NCBI RefSeq assembly: GCF_023055435.1
Contig: NW_025963813.1
Span: 38,502,001-38,566,000, forward strand
DNA from: Haliotis rufescens
Taxonomy: Eukaryota
Direction: 5' to 3'
DNA length: 64,000 nt
The notes beneath the pieces were generated by a model. It was not told the DNA's origin. It did no database searches and saw only the letters and a list, made by a program, of their open reading frames with translations. This document shows positions 51,701-64,000 of the stretch, piece by piece (position 1 is the stretch's first letter; the number at the start of each line of letters is the position of its first letter). Both the position numbers and the translations under genes were made by a program.

Positions 51701-54700
51701 TACTTGTTGTTACCCTGCCTGGTGATAGGCATTAAGGGGATCGAAAAAGAACTGGCCTGCTGGAAAAGTAATATTTCACCCGACCACATCTTATTCGAAA
51801 TATGCAACACCACATGACCGTTTTGTGTATTGAAAATTTGTCTATCCTGTTTGGTGAAAAAGATTATAATCATTTTTGAAGGAATAGGAAAACTAAAATC
51901 TAACTATGTTGAGTGTATATTTTTTAGTATTTCTATAATTAACAATCATAATCCATATCTATTTATAATAGCAGTATTGGTTCCTTGAAGGAATATGGAT
52001 CTTACAAATAACAATGACAATTGTATCTGTCGTCAACTTTCTCATTGAAAAATGGTGTGAGTTAGTGAGTGTTGTTTTACGCCAATTTTAGCAATATTCA
52101 AGCAATATCACGGCGGGGAACACCAGAAATGGGCTTCACACATTGTACCCGTGTCGGGAATCTAACCCGGGTCTTCGGCGTGACGAGCGAACGCTTTAAC
52201 CACTAGGCTACCCGACTGCCCCTTGAAATATGGAAATGAACGCTCCTTATACATATGCTTCTTGGTATTTCTGTAAATATCTCACATCCGTTGTTTTTTT
52301 AATTTCGCATTTAAGGTTTTTAGCTGCAGGCGGAGCCAGTGCGCTGGATGGGGTAACGTTCCACCAGTGAGTATGAATACCATTAAAGTTGATGTTGTAA
52401 TCAGCTCATCAAATGATCGTTTGATGTATCTAAATCCCCTTTGCAGTCAACTGCTTACCAGATTCGTGTTGGGATTGGGAAAAGAAAACGTAATATGTCA
52501 TGCAAAATATGAAATACATTACGATATTGAAGGACAAAACACTCAGGTTATTCGCCACTAATGAATGCATACATACACAAGTCTATAGCACATGTTTCTT
52601 GTACATGTACAATTGACTCCTTAAAAGGAAACATACTCGTGTATGTGACACATGTTCCTTGTATTTGTCTGTATAAACGACTCCTTCAAAGGAAACCTAC
52701 TCGTGTACGTGACACATGTTCCTTGTATATGTCTGTATAAACGACTCCTTAAAAGGAAACCTACTCGTGGAAGTGGCACATGTTCCTTGTATTTGTCTGT
52801 ATAAACGACTCTTTAAAAGGAAACATACTCGTGTACGTGACACATGTTCCTTGTATTTGTCTGTATAAACGACTCCTTCAAAGGAAACATACTCGTGGAA
52901 GTGACACATGTTCCTTGTATTTGTCTGTATAAACGACTCCTTAAAAGGAAACATACTCGTGGAAGTGGCACATGTTCCTTGTATTTGTCTGTATAAACGA
53001 CTCTTTAAAAGGAAACGTACTCGGGGAAGTGACACATCTCACTTGAATGTGTCTGTATAAACGACTCCTTCGTATGAAAATACCTACTTTATGCGAATAT
53101 ATTTTTAAACAATGAGGTGTATTGTACTGAAAGAAAACAAGGGTGTCGTCTGTTATTAAATGTCACGGTCATTGTGTAAAAACTTACTAAATCATGGGGG
53201 CACGGGTGGTCCAGTCGTCTAAGGCGCCGCGATTCGCTGTGCAGAGTTGCGTCCCTTGGGCACGCCAGAAACCTATGATCCCGGTTCGCCCCCATTATGT
53301 TTCTAGGTTTGTCTGCACCATACCCGTGCTCGTGAGTTTCACCGAAGTTGTAAAAGTCTGAGACCTGCATCACTTGGGGCTTTCCTCCCACATTAAGCTG
53401 ACACGCCGTGAAACAACTGGAATACTGTTAAAAGCGGCGTTTAGCCCAACTCACTCACTCACCCACTACTAAATCATGATTTTAGTTTAAAGTCAATGAA
53501 TGTAATATATACTCCCCCTTACGGTAGTACAAACGAGTGATTTATTCACAGTAAGTAAAGTAAACACCTTCTTCCTTCTGCTTGTTTGAGTTTCATACTT
53601 TCAGTGATACAAGCACACTGACATTTTATTATCTCAAGGTATTTTGGAAATGGGGACAATGCAACCAAAGAGATGTTTACAGACCCAACCTTCATGGATA
53701 CACTGAATGCTTCATTTGCGTCTGCACACAAGGCTACAGGAGCGTTGGCGTCCAACAAACCTCTTCTCCTGGGCGAAACAGGTTCCTTTTATCATGGCGG
53801 AACATGACGGACACCTTTCTGGGGGGATTTTTGTGGGTATTTCAGACAATAGTCACGAACAGCTTCACAGTTGGGTGACCCGTGAAGATCCGGGGTAGAA
53901 TAGGTCTTCAGCAACCCATGCTTGCCGTAAAAGGCGACTAACGGGATCGGGTGGTCAGACTCGCTGACTTGGTTGATCACTGGATTGTCTGGCCCAGACT
54001 CGATTATTTACAGACCGCCGTCATATAGCTGGAACATTGCTGAGTGAGGCGTTAAACAACAACCCAACCAACCAACCAACAAACCAAGCAACCAACCAAC
54101 CAATCAACCAACAACAGTTTGGTACTGTTTGACCCTGTCCATCATTATCCAAATGTATAGAAGGATATGCATTTTCATTTGCTGTGATATCTAGCCATGC
54201 TTCACGTACAGAATATCTGTACCTTCTTGCTGAAGACGATTCCACTCCATGAGTCTCAAGCGCATATCATAAAGGTGATTGAGATCTATGTGTTAATGTT
54301 CACCTATAGAGGGATGGACAAGCTCGGCATGGCCGCCCAATGAGGCATTCAGAATGTGTTCAGGCAGGACTTGTATGGACTTGGGTCAGCCAATCGCCTG
54401 TTGGAGTCATTCACATACGACCCCCTACCGCTGTGTATACATTACATGTGCTTCAATTACGACGGGCTTTTTTTCTAGAGATANNNNNNNNNNNNNNNNN
54501 NNNNNNNNNNNNNNNNNNNNNNNNNNNNNNNNNNNNNNNNNNNNNNNNNNNNNNNNNNNNNNNNNNNNNNNNNNNNNNNNNNNNNNNNNNNNNNNNNNNN
54601 NNNNNNNNNNNNNNNNNNNNNNNNGTCCCTAGATGTTTCATAGATAATGCAATATACCTGTTCTCAAATATAGGCACCGACGGTGTAGTTGTCTAAAAGC

Positions 54701-56796
54701 AGTGCAGTTCGCTGTGCCAGAGTTGTGCGAGCATCCCAGATACCCGTGCTCATGCTAGTCGGGATTGGTGGGATAGCCTAATGGTTAAAGCGTTCTCTCG
54801 TCACGCCGAAGGCTCTGGTTCGACTCCCTACGTGGGGACGTTTGTGTCCATCCCATTTCGGTGTCCAACGCGTAAAATTTCTGGAATGTTGCTTAAAGCT
54901 GCGTAAAAATCTTACTCACGTACTCACTCGTGTGTTTCACTAAGACATGCATTCACCTGACATAAAATACAGTTCAAAGCTGTGTAAATCACAACACACT
55001 CACTTGACAGCATCTTATCGCATCTCAGTTTCGTGGTTCGATGCTCTTGATGCTGATCTCTGGATTGTCAGGTGCAAACTCGATTTATCAACAAGCAAAA
55101 AATGATCATTGTATAACACCTAATTTCCTTTTTGGTAGGACTACTGGTTAACCTTTCTCTTCAAGAAGCTTGTGGGCAACGCCGTGTTCAAGCCTCGAGT
55201 CGTGGGCCCGCCCACCGTAAGAGCGTACTGCCACTGCATGAGGTCCATAAAGTAATTATGATGAATCTTTTTGTTATCACAAGTGTTCTGCACAGGAATA
55301 ACGAACATCATTTGGGAAGGTTCTTGTTTGAAATCCAAAACATTGCTAGTATTTAAATTAATGAATATCATCTGGTTACATTACCAATGATTGTACTATT
55401 GGATGTTAGAAGCAGTGACAGGGCACACTCCACGTGTTCATCTCAGGTTTGTTTGAGTGTCAACGATTGAAAATCAGTAGAACAATAGTCTCGTGGGAGA
55501 AAGACAAGCAATAATAGAACAATAAGAAAATGGTGTTTTACCTTTCAGTTCATATTACTATCCACGTGGGAGAAAGACAAGCAATAATAGAACAATAATA
55601 AAATGGTGTTTTACCTTTCAGTCCATATTACTATCCACGTGGGAGAAAGACAAGCAATAAATGAACAATAATAAAATGGTGTTTTACCTTTCAGTCCATA
55701 TTACTATCCACGTGGGAGAAAGACAAGCAATAATAGAACAATAATAAAATGGTGTTTTACCTTTCAGTCCATATTACTATCCACGTGGGAGAAAGACAAG
55801 CAATAATAGAACAATAATAAAATGGTGTTTTACCTTTCAGTCCATATTACTATCCACGTGGGAGAAAGACAAGCAATAATAGAACAATAATAAAATGTTG
55901 TGTTACATTTCAGTCCATATTACTATCCACGTGGGAGTCTGACTGTGTTTGCAATGAACCTGGACATTGTTGCAGTGAACTTGACTTTCCCAGAATACAA
56001 AGGCGGATATATGGACTACTTCCTGTTGTCACCGGAAGGAGGTTGTGTTCAGTCGAGGTATGACATCCTAACAAATAATTTGTTTTATCTGTTGGCATCC
56101 GTGTTCGTTTAATGCACAAGAGCAGCTAATTTTCTGAGGGGATGAAGATAAAGACAAACACATAGTAAAAAACAGCTTTGTTCCTAGTTTCGGCAGTTTT
56201 CGCTTATTTTAACTATTGGTTTGTTCTTTGGTCATGCTAGACGTACACACATACAACTGGAAGGGGAAAAGGCTCCGATAAATTCATACTAATATTTTAG
56301 TATTTTCGTACATCTAGGGTTCGCCATTCCCAGTGGGTGAAAAAGATCCTTAACGTACCTCCCTATTTATCACTGGATTGTCTTGTCCAGACTCGATTAT
56401 TTACAGACCGCCGTCATATAGCTGGAATATTGCTGAGTGAGGCGTTAAACAACAAACCAACCAGCACACCTAAACATAGCCCATTAAGTAATTTCTTAGA
56501 AATATACAGACCTTGTGTTACACGTGGAATGGCATTACTAAAGAGAACCCACATCATGTAATGACACAAAATCTCTCTATCCCCGAGAACATGTACTGAA
56601 AGGCTACTGAGACATATCTTTTGTCTCTTGCAGAACTGTGATCCTCAACGGCCACCAGCCTATCCATCTGGTTGAAAACGAGATACCCTTTCTGGTTCCT
56701 GGTGGTGTCAGCGCAAACACCATCACCCTCCCCTCGCTCACATACGGATTCTTTGTACTTTACGCTGACGCCCGTGTTTGTAAACCTGGCAACTAG
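48777..56796 (+). pseudogene. HPSE-like: Heparanase-like pseudogene, copy B. Exons 48777-48961, 49479-49606, 50434-50607, 51339-51513, 52316-52366, 53639-53832, 54310-54430, 55139-55251, 55914-56057, 56634-56796
   Basis: Homologous to copy A, with a 7-bp deletion in exon 6 (~53800), W>G in WMDKLG, TCA>TGA at 54341-54343, and exon 7 donor GT>CT at 54431. Confidence 0.9.
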
Positions 56797-56899
56797 ACAA
56801 TCAATGTGAAGGGTTGCTTAACGTCACAATACATTGTCTTGTTTCCATCCGATATTTATATGTCATTGACGAATGACTTCCGGCAGATTGTTCATTGTG

Positions 56900-58560
56900 T
56901 TGAAATGTTCCGACCAAGGATGTTGCTTATTCCTTTGCAAATTGTTAAGAGGTGGTCTACGGAGATCAAGGGAGAAGGAGAGAGCCTCAAGGATGGTCGA
57001 AAAGCAGGATGACTTTCCACTACCATCACTATGGAAAGTGTTCATAAAATATATATGATATTATTGTGGATGATCGACTTCTCACAACACGTCATATACC
57101 AAATATAGTAGAGACATATGCAGTAAACTACGTTTATAGCGAACACGCTTATAACGAACTGACCGATATTACGAACTTATTTTGTGGTCCAGGCCAACTA
57201 CTGTTTATATGTTGTATATATGCTTATAAAACGAACTGCGATTATAACGAGCTGAAATAAGTGGTCCCTTTTTGTTCGCAATAACAGTAGTTTACCATAG
57301 ATAAATATCACGGGAGACGTGAGAACTCTCTGAAGAATGAACTGATCATGACAAAGGTTTATCTGCACGAGGCTTCCTGATACAAAACTCTCCAGCGATT
57401 TGCAGCCATGGATAAGTCTTGAACCCACTTTCAGCAGCTTATCTGTTCAGGCAACTGCGTAAGAATATCAAGGTTTAACGTCGTTAGAGCATCGTCCATA
57501 TTCTCCAGAGTTGGCAGCATCAGACTTCCGCCTCTCCCCAAACCTGAAAAATATTGTATGGTAAGCATAATGCTAGCCTGTACGGATATCATGACGTCCT
57601 ACATTGATGTCACACGCTTGTCACATTACAATTGACACTCTTTATAATTCCAGTAACCAGACATATAGTATAATTGTGGTTGCAAGACTGATTTTATTGT
57701 GAGACACACATATTTCACCAGGTGTCAGATAGTCTCAGTTTATCAACTCTAACGAAAATGATAAGACACTGGGGACATGTTTTGACCCAAATCCGGACAG
57801 ATGTTATCTTGTGTAATATTTCTTACAAACACGAGTGCCAATGTCGTGTCAAATGACAGGAGTTATATTTACCTCAAGGACAGTCGTTTTACTAAACGTT
57901 TTACAAAACGATTAATGAAAGACTGATTCTAACATACATGCATGAATTTATCTGAGAACACATTGTCAGTTTAGTGCATGAGCTCCAAACACACATGAGT
58001 GACAAATAGATTGATATCACGGGAGACTTGAGAACTCTCTGAAGAATGAACTGATAATGACAAAGGCCTATCTGCACGAGGCTTCCTGATCCGAAACTCT
58101 CCAGCGATTTGCAGCCATGGATAAGTCTTGAACCAACTATCAGAGAGTAAACAACAGTCAAAGCTGTTGAATTACCTAACGTCTTCTCCTCCGAAGTCTG
58201 TTCCATCCTCTGGCAAGGTGATAGCTTCGGTTTACTGGGATTGCAATGGAATTCTTCTAGTGGACTAGCCTCCAGAATGTCAGACCATTAGCAGTTAATC
58301 TGCTCAGGCAACTGCATAAGAATATCAAGGCTTAACGTCGTTGAAGTTAATAGAGCATCGTCCGTATTCTCCAGAGTTGGCAGCATCAGACTTCCGCCTC
58401 TTCCCAAAAATGTATAGTAAGCATTATGCACAGGATGATGACGTCATTTGTGCGATGGAGTATTCACACCGCCTGCAGGAAACCCTCCACCAGTGGGTCC
58501 CTGGCACTCACGCTTGTGTGTCCCTCAAAGGGGATGATGTTGAAAAATCATTTGCAACGT
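56900..58560 (+). mobile_element. Decayed mariner transposase (copy B), including the C-terminus
   Basis: Same motifs as copy A plus DDDVICAM and CVSLKGDDVEK, resembling the mariner C-terminus. Confidence 0.85.
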
Positions 58561-59208
58561 ACGAGTACTTCGTCAAAGCAGCCTATCATACAATGACGAT
58601 AGACTATGGACTAAGGACTCAGCCGCCTATCGTAGTATGATCACGATCGCCGTCTTACATACAGAAGTGTCGATGGTATGTGTTACCATAAGTGGAAATC
58701 ACAACTTCCAGTTGACAAAAGACAGACCTACATGTTTCTCTGCTACGCTGGAATGGTGCATTGACATAAAACAATCAAATCCTCAGTCGCCTTGCAGAAG
58801 AAGCAAGGGTTTCTAGAGACCAATTCGAACCCGGAATCACAACGAGATACATTCAGTGTGGATTGCAAACAATATAACATAAGATATGTACCATGCCGAA
58901 CATACCAGGGAATTGCATGCAAGACATCACACGTATATTATATCAGACCTCCTTAAAATATCTACGTGAATTGCATACAATACAATAACACACCTATCAT
59001 ATTGATGTAACCCTTGCCACCACACCTGAAGAAGAAACAATATATCTTTTGTTAATATCAGAGATATTCAATACCTTTTATAAACGACCATGACAATCAT
59101 TTCACATGTGTGTGTCCCTTTATTTGGTCGAAGGTGGAAATAAAGTATAAAAGGCATAAATATTTTGAAAACCTGTTGAATTGTGATTCCAGCAATGATT
59201 ACTTTCAT

Positions 59209-59322
59209 GAGTGAGTGAGTGGGTATGGTTTTACGCCGCTTTTAGCTATATTCGAGCAATATCACACCAGAAATGGGCTTCATGCATTGTACCCATGTCG
59301 GGAATCGAACCCGGGTTTTCGA
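59209..59322 (-). mobile_element. SINE family 1, partial
   Basis: gagtgagtgagt...tttacgccgcttttagc...cattgtacccatgtcgggaatcgaacccgg. Confidence 0.8.
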
Positions 59323-59530
59323 CAGGGATTTGGTTGTACATTTGCTGGAATCAGCAATACATATATCTTTGTTCAGATTTTCCCCTCTTGTTTGGATGAT
59401 TAATGTGTATTTTAACGTCGCGATATTTATATATTCCTGACATATAAATTGGTACATGTAACACCTCAGCCTCGGAAGGATATACTTATGAGAATATCAC
59501 TTTCTTTCTTTCTCATTCCCTTTTGTATAG

Positions 59531-59624
59531 AACTGCGGGCTGACAAAAATGTCACACCATGGATCGCCTTTGGGGTGACCACCGCTATCCTGCTTTCTGT
59601 CATCATAATCCTTGTCATATATTT
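59531..59624 (+). CDS. Transmembrane-encoding exon (LRADKNVTPWIAFGVTTAILLSVIIILVIY)
   Basis: Polypyrimidine tract + tag acceptor, gtgagt donor, ~22 hydrophobic residues, phase 1-2. Confidence 0.6.
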
Positions 59625-60323
59625 GTGAGTATTATACCCTGCTTAGATAATATTATTCTCAATATATAATTATAAAATTAAATTCCATGTATCGAGTGAA
59701 ACATGATATTGCACGAGACACATGGCCTTTCCTATTTATAACATATCTCTTGTGTAATTGTCAACCGAAAAATTACATTTTTTAATTACAAATATAAAAC
59801 GTGAAAATCTCAATCCCCCTTGTAATTGCAAAATATTAAAAATATAAACAATCTCGATTTACGAGTTAAATGAGATATTTACAGTTTATATAGAAACATT
59901 TTCATGAAAAAAACGAACGGTAAGAGCAGACTCCATAACTTACTTATTGTCATTATTTTGCCTTGTCGAAATAAAACTAGCGTAAACAGAATGTAAAATA
60001 GCTTGTTTTCTGGCATAAGACACAAACGATCTGGGGGAGATCACACTTGTAGGCAAATATGTAATGTTAACTGCAGTCGAATATCATGTGTTATGACCTT
60101 TTCCCAACTTCATAAAACCCACTTTATCAAGCTGAAGCATACATGTATGATAAACCTTCTATTCTAAATTGCTTCTTACGATGTGAAATATCGTATGGTT
60201 TATGTAATAAATAAATAACTAGAACACTAGAACGCATTTCAGAATCTCGTTTGAGCAAATATGATTCTTTCATGTCGGCCATGTCCCTTTTGTCCTTCAC
60301 TTCTGTTGTATCTGAACTTTCAG

Positions 60324-60581
60324 CCAGCAAAGACATTGAGATCACGAGGAGAAAGCCATGCACTGAATTTGACGGTTCGAGGTAAAGACGGCACAGGGCA
60401 TAGAGAAGACACTCCCTACGATGAAGTAGCATGTGGATATACAAGTGATAACCCGAATGCATTGGCGAATAATTATTATGAGAATGTAGATATCAGAAAA
60501 CAAGAGACGTATGAATCGTTGACTACTCAAATAAATAATCACGACAAGCATTTGTACGACACTGTGCAGGCACACTTGTGA
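60324..60581 (+). CDS. Terminal exon encoding a cytoplasmic tail with YxxPhi motifs (YDEV, YENV, YESL, YDTV)
   Basis: ctttcag acceptor, open frame to TGA at 60579-60581, four spaced Tyr motifs; phase does not join the TM exon directly. Confidence 0.55.
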   Translation, partial: PAKTLRSRGESHALNLTVRGKDGTGHREDTPYDEVACGYTSDNPNALANNYYENVDIRKQETYESLTTQINNHDKHLYDTVQAHL

Positions 60582-61229
60582 AGAGAAATACAAACATACA
60601 AACACGTGCTTCAATAACAATGCATATATACTGCGTATTTGATTAAAGGCACTAATTACTGGAACTGGAACCATATTCTCTACGTCATTTAACATGTTTG
60701 ACTAACATGTTTGTCTGTACACCAGTCCACCCCTTTTTAATCACATGTAGTGTGTTGCTTTCAAAGGTAATGAAATGTATAGCAGATGTAACTGCGATTA
60801 TTCATTTAAGTTGATACGTGTTGCTAATATTGTAGAGATATGACATTCTGTAATTGTTTTAAGCAAACTATTTCTTTGGGGCTTAACAGAATATACAATT
60901 ATAATGTAAAGAAGAGGTGAAACATTTCACACATGTTTAACTCGTTAATTCTTGTCGTCATTAATGGAGTAACTAATTTGCATTTCAGCAAAGCATAAAG
61001 ACTGGTGACGCTGTAGATGTCTGAAGTCTTTGCCACTGATTTCTTTGATTCGAATGTTAACATATATTATTACCAGTCAATGGAAAGGTTTTCACCAAAA
61101 TATTAAACCAGAGACTCCAAAATTGGTCTCATGAAAATAGTGTGATTTACATAAATCAAGCTTGATTCAGGAAAGGTTATTCGACATGTTTCTCTTGATG
61201 GGATGATACCTCTTTAAATCAACAGGTGG

Positions 61230-62400
61230 GAGAATTATGTTTTCTCCATAGACTTCTCAAAAGCCTTTGACTGCGTAAATCACACTTTACATTGCCATCG
61301 ACTTATTAGCTGTTGAATACATGAAAATATTATAACTGATGTAAGAAATATGTATTCAAAACTACAGACTTGTGTACGGACAGATCAAGGTTTCACAGAC
61401 TTTTGTCAGTGCTGGGTTGGTACTCGCCAAGGATGTATGGTAAGCCCACTGTTATTTCGCAGGCAAACTGTGTTAGCAACTTCTGTGAAAAAATGGGTAT
61501 GAACCTAGATATACAAAATCTAAGATTTTTGTATTCCGAAATGGCGGATATCTGTGTATGTATGAAAAATGGTATTACAGGGCCTCTCAGATCGAAACCG
61601 TCCCCTTATTGATCTTGGTCTTTATTTTACACATAACCTAGTTTAGACGAGATCGAAACAGATGTTGGCAAAGCAGGTGGAGTAAGTATATATATGCACT
61701 CAATGTGTTGTGACTTACCAATTACGACTGCACTCAAGATTTGCGATAGCATGGTTCTGCCCATCCTTACATACGGCTCCGAACTTTTGGGATACAAAGT
61801 TGTGGATCAAATTGAGAAAGTTCAGACTTAGTATGTGAGTGCTTGTAATGATGCTGTTCTTGGAGAAAGTAGTCGACCTTTATTATTTCTCACCTATGTG
61901 ACATAGTGTGTAAAATATCGGGCTTACCTAGTCATTATGAATAATGGCCGATTACCGAAGCAAACGTATCTGATGCTGTATTGATACAATATAACATATC
62001 TTATTCCAGTTTGGCTTTGGCTACGCCTGGATGATGCCATATGTTGGAAATGTATATCTTTTTATATATCAGTTTAAACAACGTGTATCCGATTATAACA
62101 TGCCAATGCAAACCTTGGCATTCATCAATATCAATAACATATAAATCCATTGGAAAATGAATACCGCTTTGCACTGGTATGTCCCGCTTTTAATGATTTG
62201 AGAAATCGGTACATTGATCCTAAATACTTTGTATCCGTCACTGGAATCCTTTGTTCGCCTGATGCCTTCTGATCATAAACCTACTATTGTACAGTTATTG
62301 AATGCAATGAAATTGTATAAATCACTTTATCAGTAATTGTATTCCTGTAATGTTTGGTTCTATGGGCCTGTGGCCTCTTACTTGAATTAAAACTTTAAGT
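61230..62400 (+). mobile_element. Degenerate non-LTR retrotransposon (LINE) ORF2 remnant
   Basis: Fragments IDFSKAFDCVNH (RT motif), ILTYGSELLGY and ENEYRFALVCPAFNDLRNRYI (C-terminal Cys region), with stops and frameshifts. Confidence 0.75.
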
Positions 62401-63796
62401 TGTTACTTACTTATATATATTATTCTGTATATATAGTGAATAAAAAGACCCCAAGGGATCATAAATCTTGTTTGGGTATTTTTATGAAATATAAAAAAGA
62501 AAATGCCCGAAATATTCATGATCCCTTACCTTTTTTGTTCAGTATATTGAATGTGATCCTTGTTGTTATTTAATATATCTGTAAGTTTACTCCGACCGGA
62601 AGTGAAACATACCGCCTAGCAATATATCCCGTTGACCGGATCCCTTAGCCTGCCTTTGAGCGCATCAGAACATCTTTAAAAAAAAACAAAAACATGCAAA
62701 GCTACTCACCTGTGGACATCATTATCCTGAAAATAAATGGTTACAATAGTGGTTGTAAATATCGCTTACACAAGCAGTTCCTCAGAAGGCAGCGAAAGGG
62801 TTGCTCCTCCCTGACAATCAATCAGTTTATTCGGTAATAAGGCATCAGGCCCACGTACAGATATATACAATTTAGTTTCACATCAAGTATTGACACAATT
62901 CCAATATTCTGTCTTTAAGGAATCAAGTGCTGCATGAAATAATATTTACAGGTTAGAAGAACGAAGACAGATAGCATCTTTAACATAATGGGCTAAGTTC
63001 TCAAGACAGTTTACATCGGAAGAGTTTAACATTCTAACTATTATGTCTTTCCGATTATTACCAGTAATAAAGTCTAAATATGGGAAATATTTTGTGCAAA
63101 TATCTTCATAAATAGGGCAAACAAGAATGAAATGAATTTCATTTTCAACTGCCCTTTACTTGCAGAATCGACAAAACCGGTGCCATCCCTCCTTCCTGTG
63201 TTATGCATAATTCCCAGTTCTCCAATACGTAAAAGGTAAAAATATACATTTAATAGATACCTCCCTATGGTAAATATCATGATCAACGTTGTGGGGTACT
63301 ATGACATTCTATCCACCAAGTCAGAAAACCTGAACAGCCGATTCAATGTAGTTGCCTCTCAAATTGAATCAAACAAAAGACTGTGCGGGGTCGCTTCTAA
63401 TCTTCACATTATGATCAACTTGGATAGATGTGTAGAAAACGGTTATATCCCATTAGTTAGACGTCCCATTAGTTAGACGTCCCAATTGTTAGACATTTCT
63501 ATTTAGGCAAAGAGGGAATATACCTACAGGTGTAATGGATCAGTCCTAATTAGATTAAAGTACTGAGTAGGGATAGGGGACTCACAGTTTAGGGAGTATA
63601 AATGTTATAATTTCGTTTAATTAACCTAAATTACCTTACTCTCAGCACAGGTTCAATAGGCATGAGATTAACTGTGTAAACTATGGAGTAGCTTAATTGT
63701 CTTACTGTATGATCAGTTGAAGGAGTTGAGTTTAGATTACGTACTCATCAAACAAATAAAAATGATCTTGGGGTACGTATCATTATCAGTATCGAT

Positions 63797-64000
63797 ATGG
63801 ATGGTTTAAGGAAAGTAGAGTACATCATCTCTCGGCGTGGAAGTGAGCAGTTGATGTTAGATGGATATATTTACAACAGAAACCGCGAGAGGCAAACCTG
63901 CTCACATTCGAGATGTGTCGTCAAGACGTGCAATGGGAAATGTACGACTGTCGGTGACTTTCTTTGCAATCAGTCGGAACATAACCATCCGCCTGAAGAT
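63797..64000 (+). mobile_element. FLYWCH-type zinc-finger ORF start, probable MULE/Mutator transposase (runs off the window)
   Basis: MDGLRKVEYIISRRGSEQLMLDGYIYNRNRERQTCSHSRCVVKTCNGKCTTVGDFLCNQSEHNHPPED fits the FLYWCH pattern, with the usual Trp replaced by Ser; short tandem subrepeats (cccattagttagacgt) at 63450-63495 may be the element end. Confidence 0.7.

Larger units (their letters stand above)
29050..58410. repeat. Segmental duplication, copy B
   Basis: Colinear with 1101-26600; similarity ends inside the mariner remnant (...cttccgcctcttcccaaa) near 58410. Confidence 0.95.

Noticed and set aside
62595-62604. ETS-type motif ccggaagtg as a promoter
   Set aside because: A single short motif with no supporting gene start; insufficient evidence

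Overview
AT-rich, spliced, repeat-rich eukaryotic DNA, probably an invertebrate; a gastropod mollusc is my inference from the SINE style and gene families. Most of the window is a tandem segmental duplication: copy A ~1,100-26,600 and copy B ~29,050-58,400. Each copy holds a head-to-head gene pair. On the minus strand is a multi-exon NLR-like gene: low-complexity N-terminus, a small symmetric exon with a RHIM-like amyloid motif, an nSTAND3-type P-loop NTPase, divergent ankyrins, then a long array of near-identical 99-bp ankyrin repeats. Those repeats vary mainly at the ligand-binding positions, and the array continues past the stop codon as untranslated cassettes. On the plus strand is a 10-exon GH79 heparanase-like gene that lacks the vertebrate pro-linker; it is intact in A (484 aa) and pseudogenised in B. 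A third, truncated heparanase paralog lies at the A/B junction. Also present: several tRNA-derived SINE families with target-site duplications (some copy-specific), mariner, LINE and MULE/FLYWCH remnants, MITEs, minisatellites of 46, 64, 70, 73 and 84 bp (the 73-bp unit is an amplified 3' splice site), and orphan exons of a tyrosine-motif membrane receptor. All exon models were derived by eye from splice signals and phase consistency, with no transcript or database evidence.
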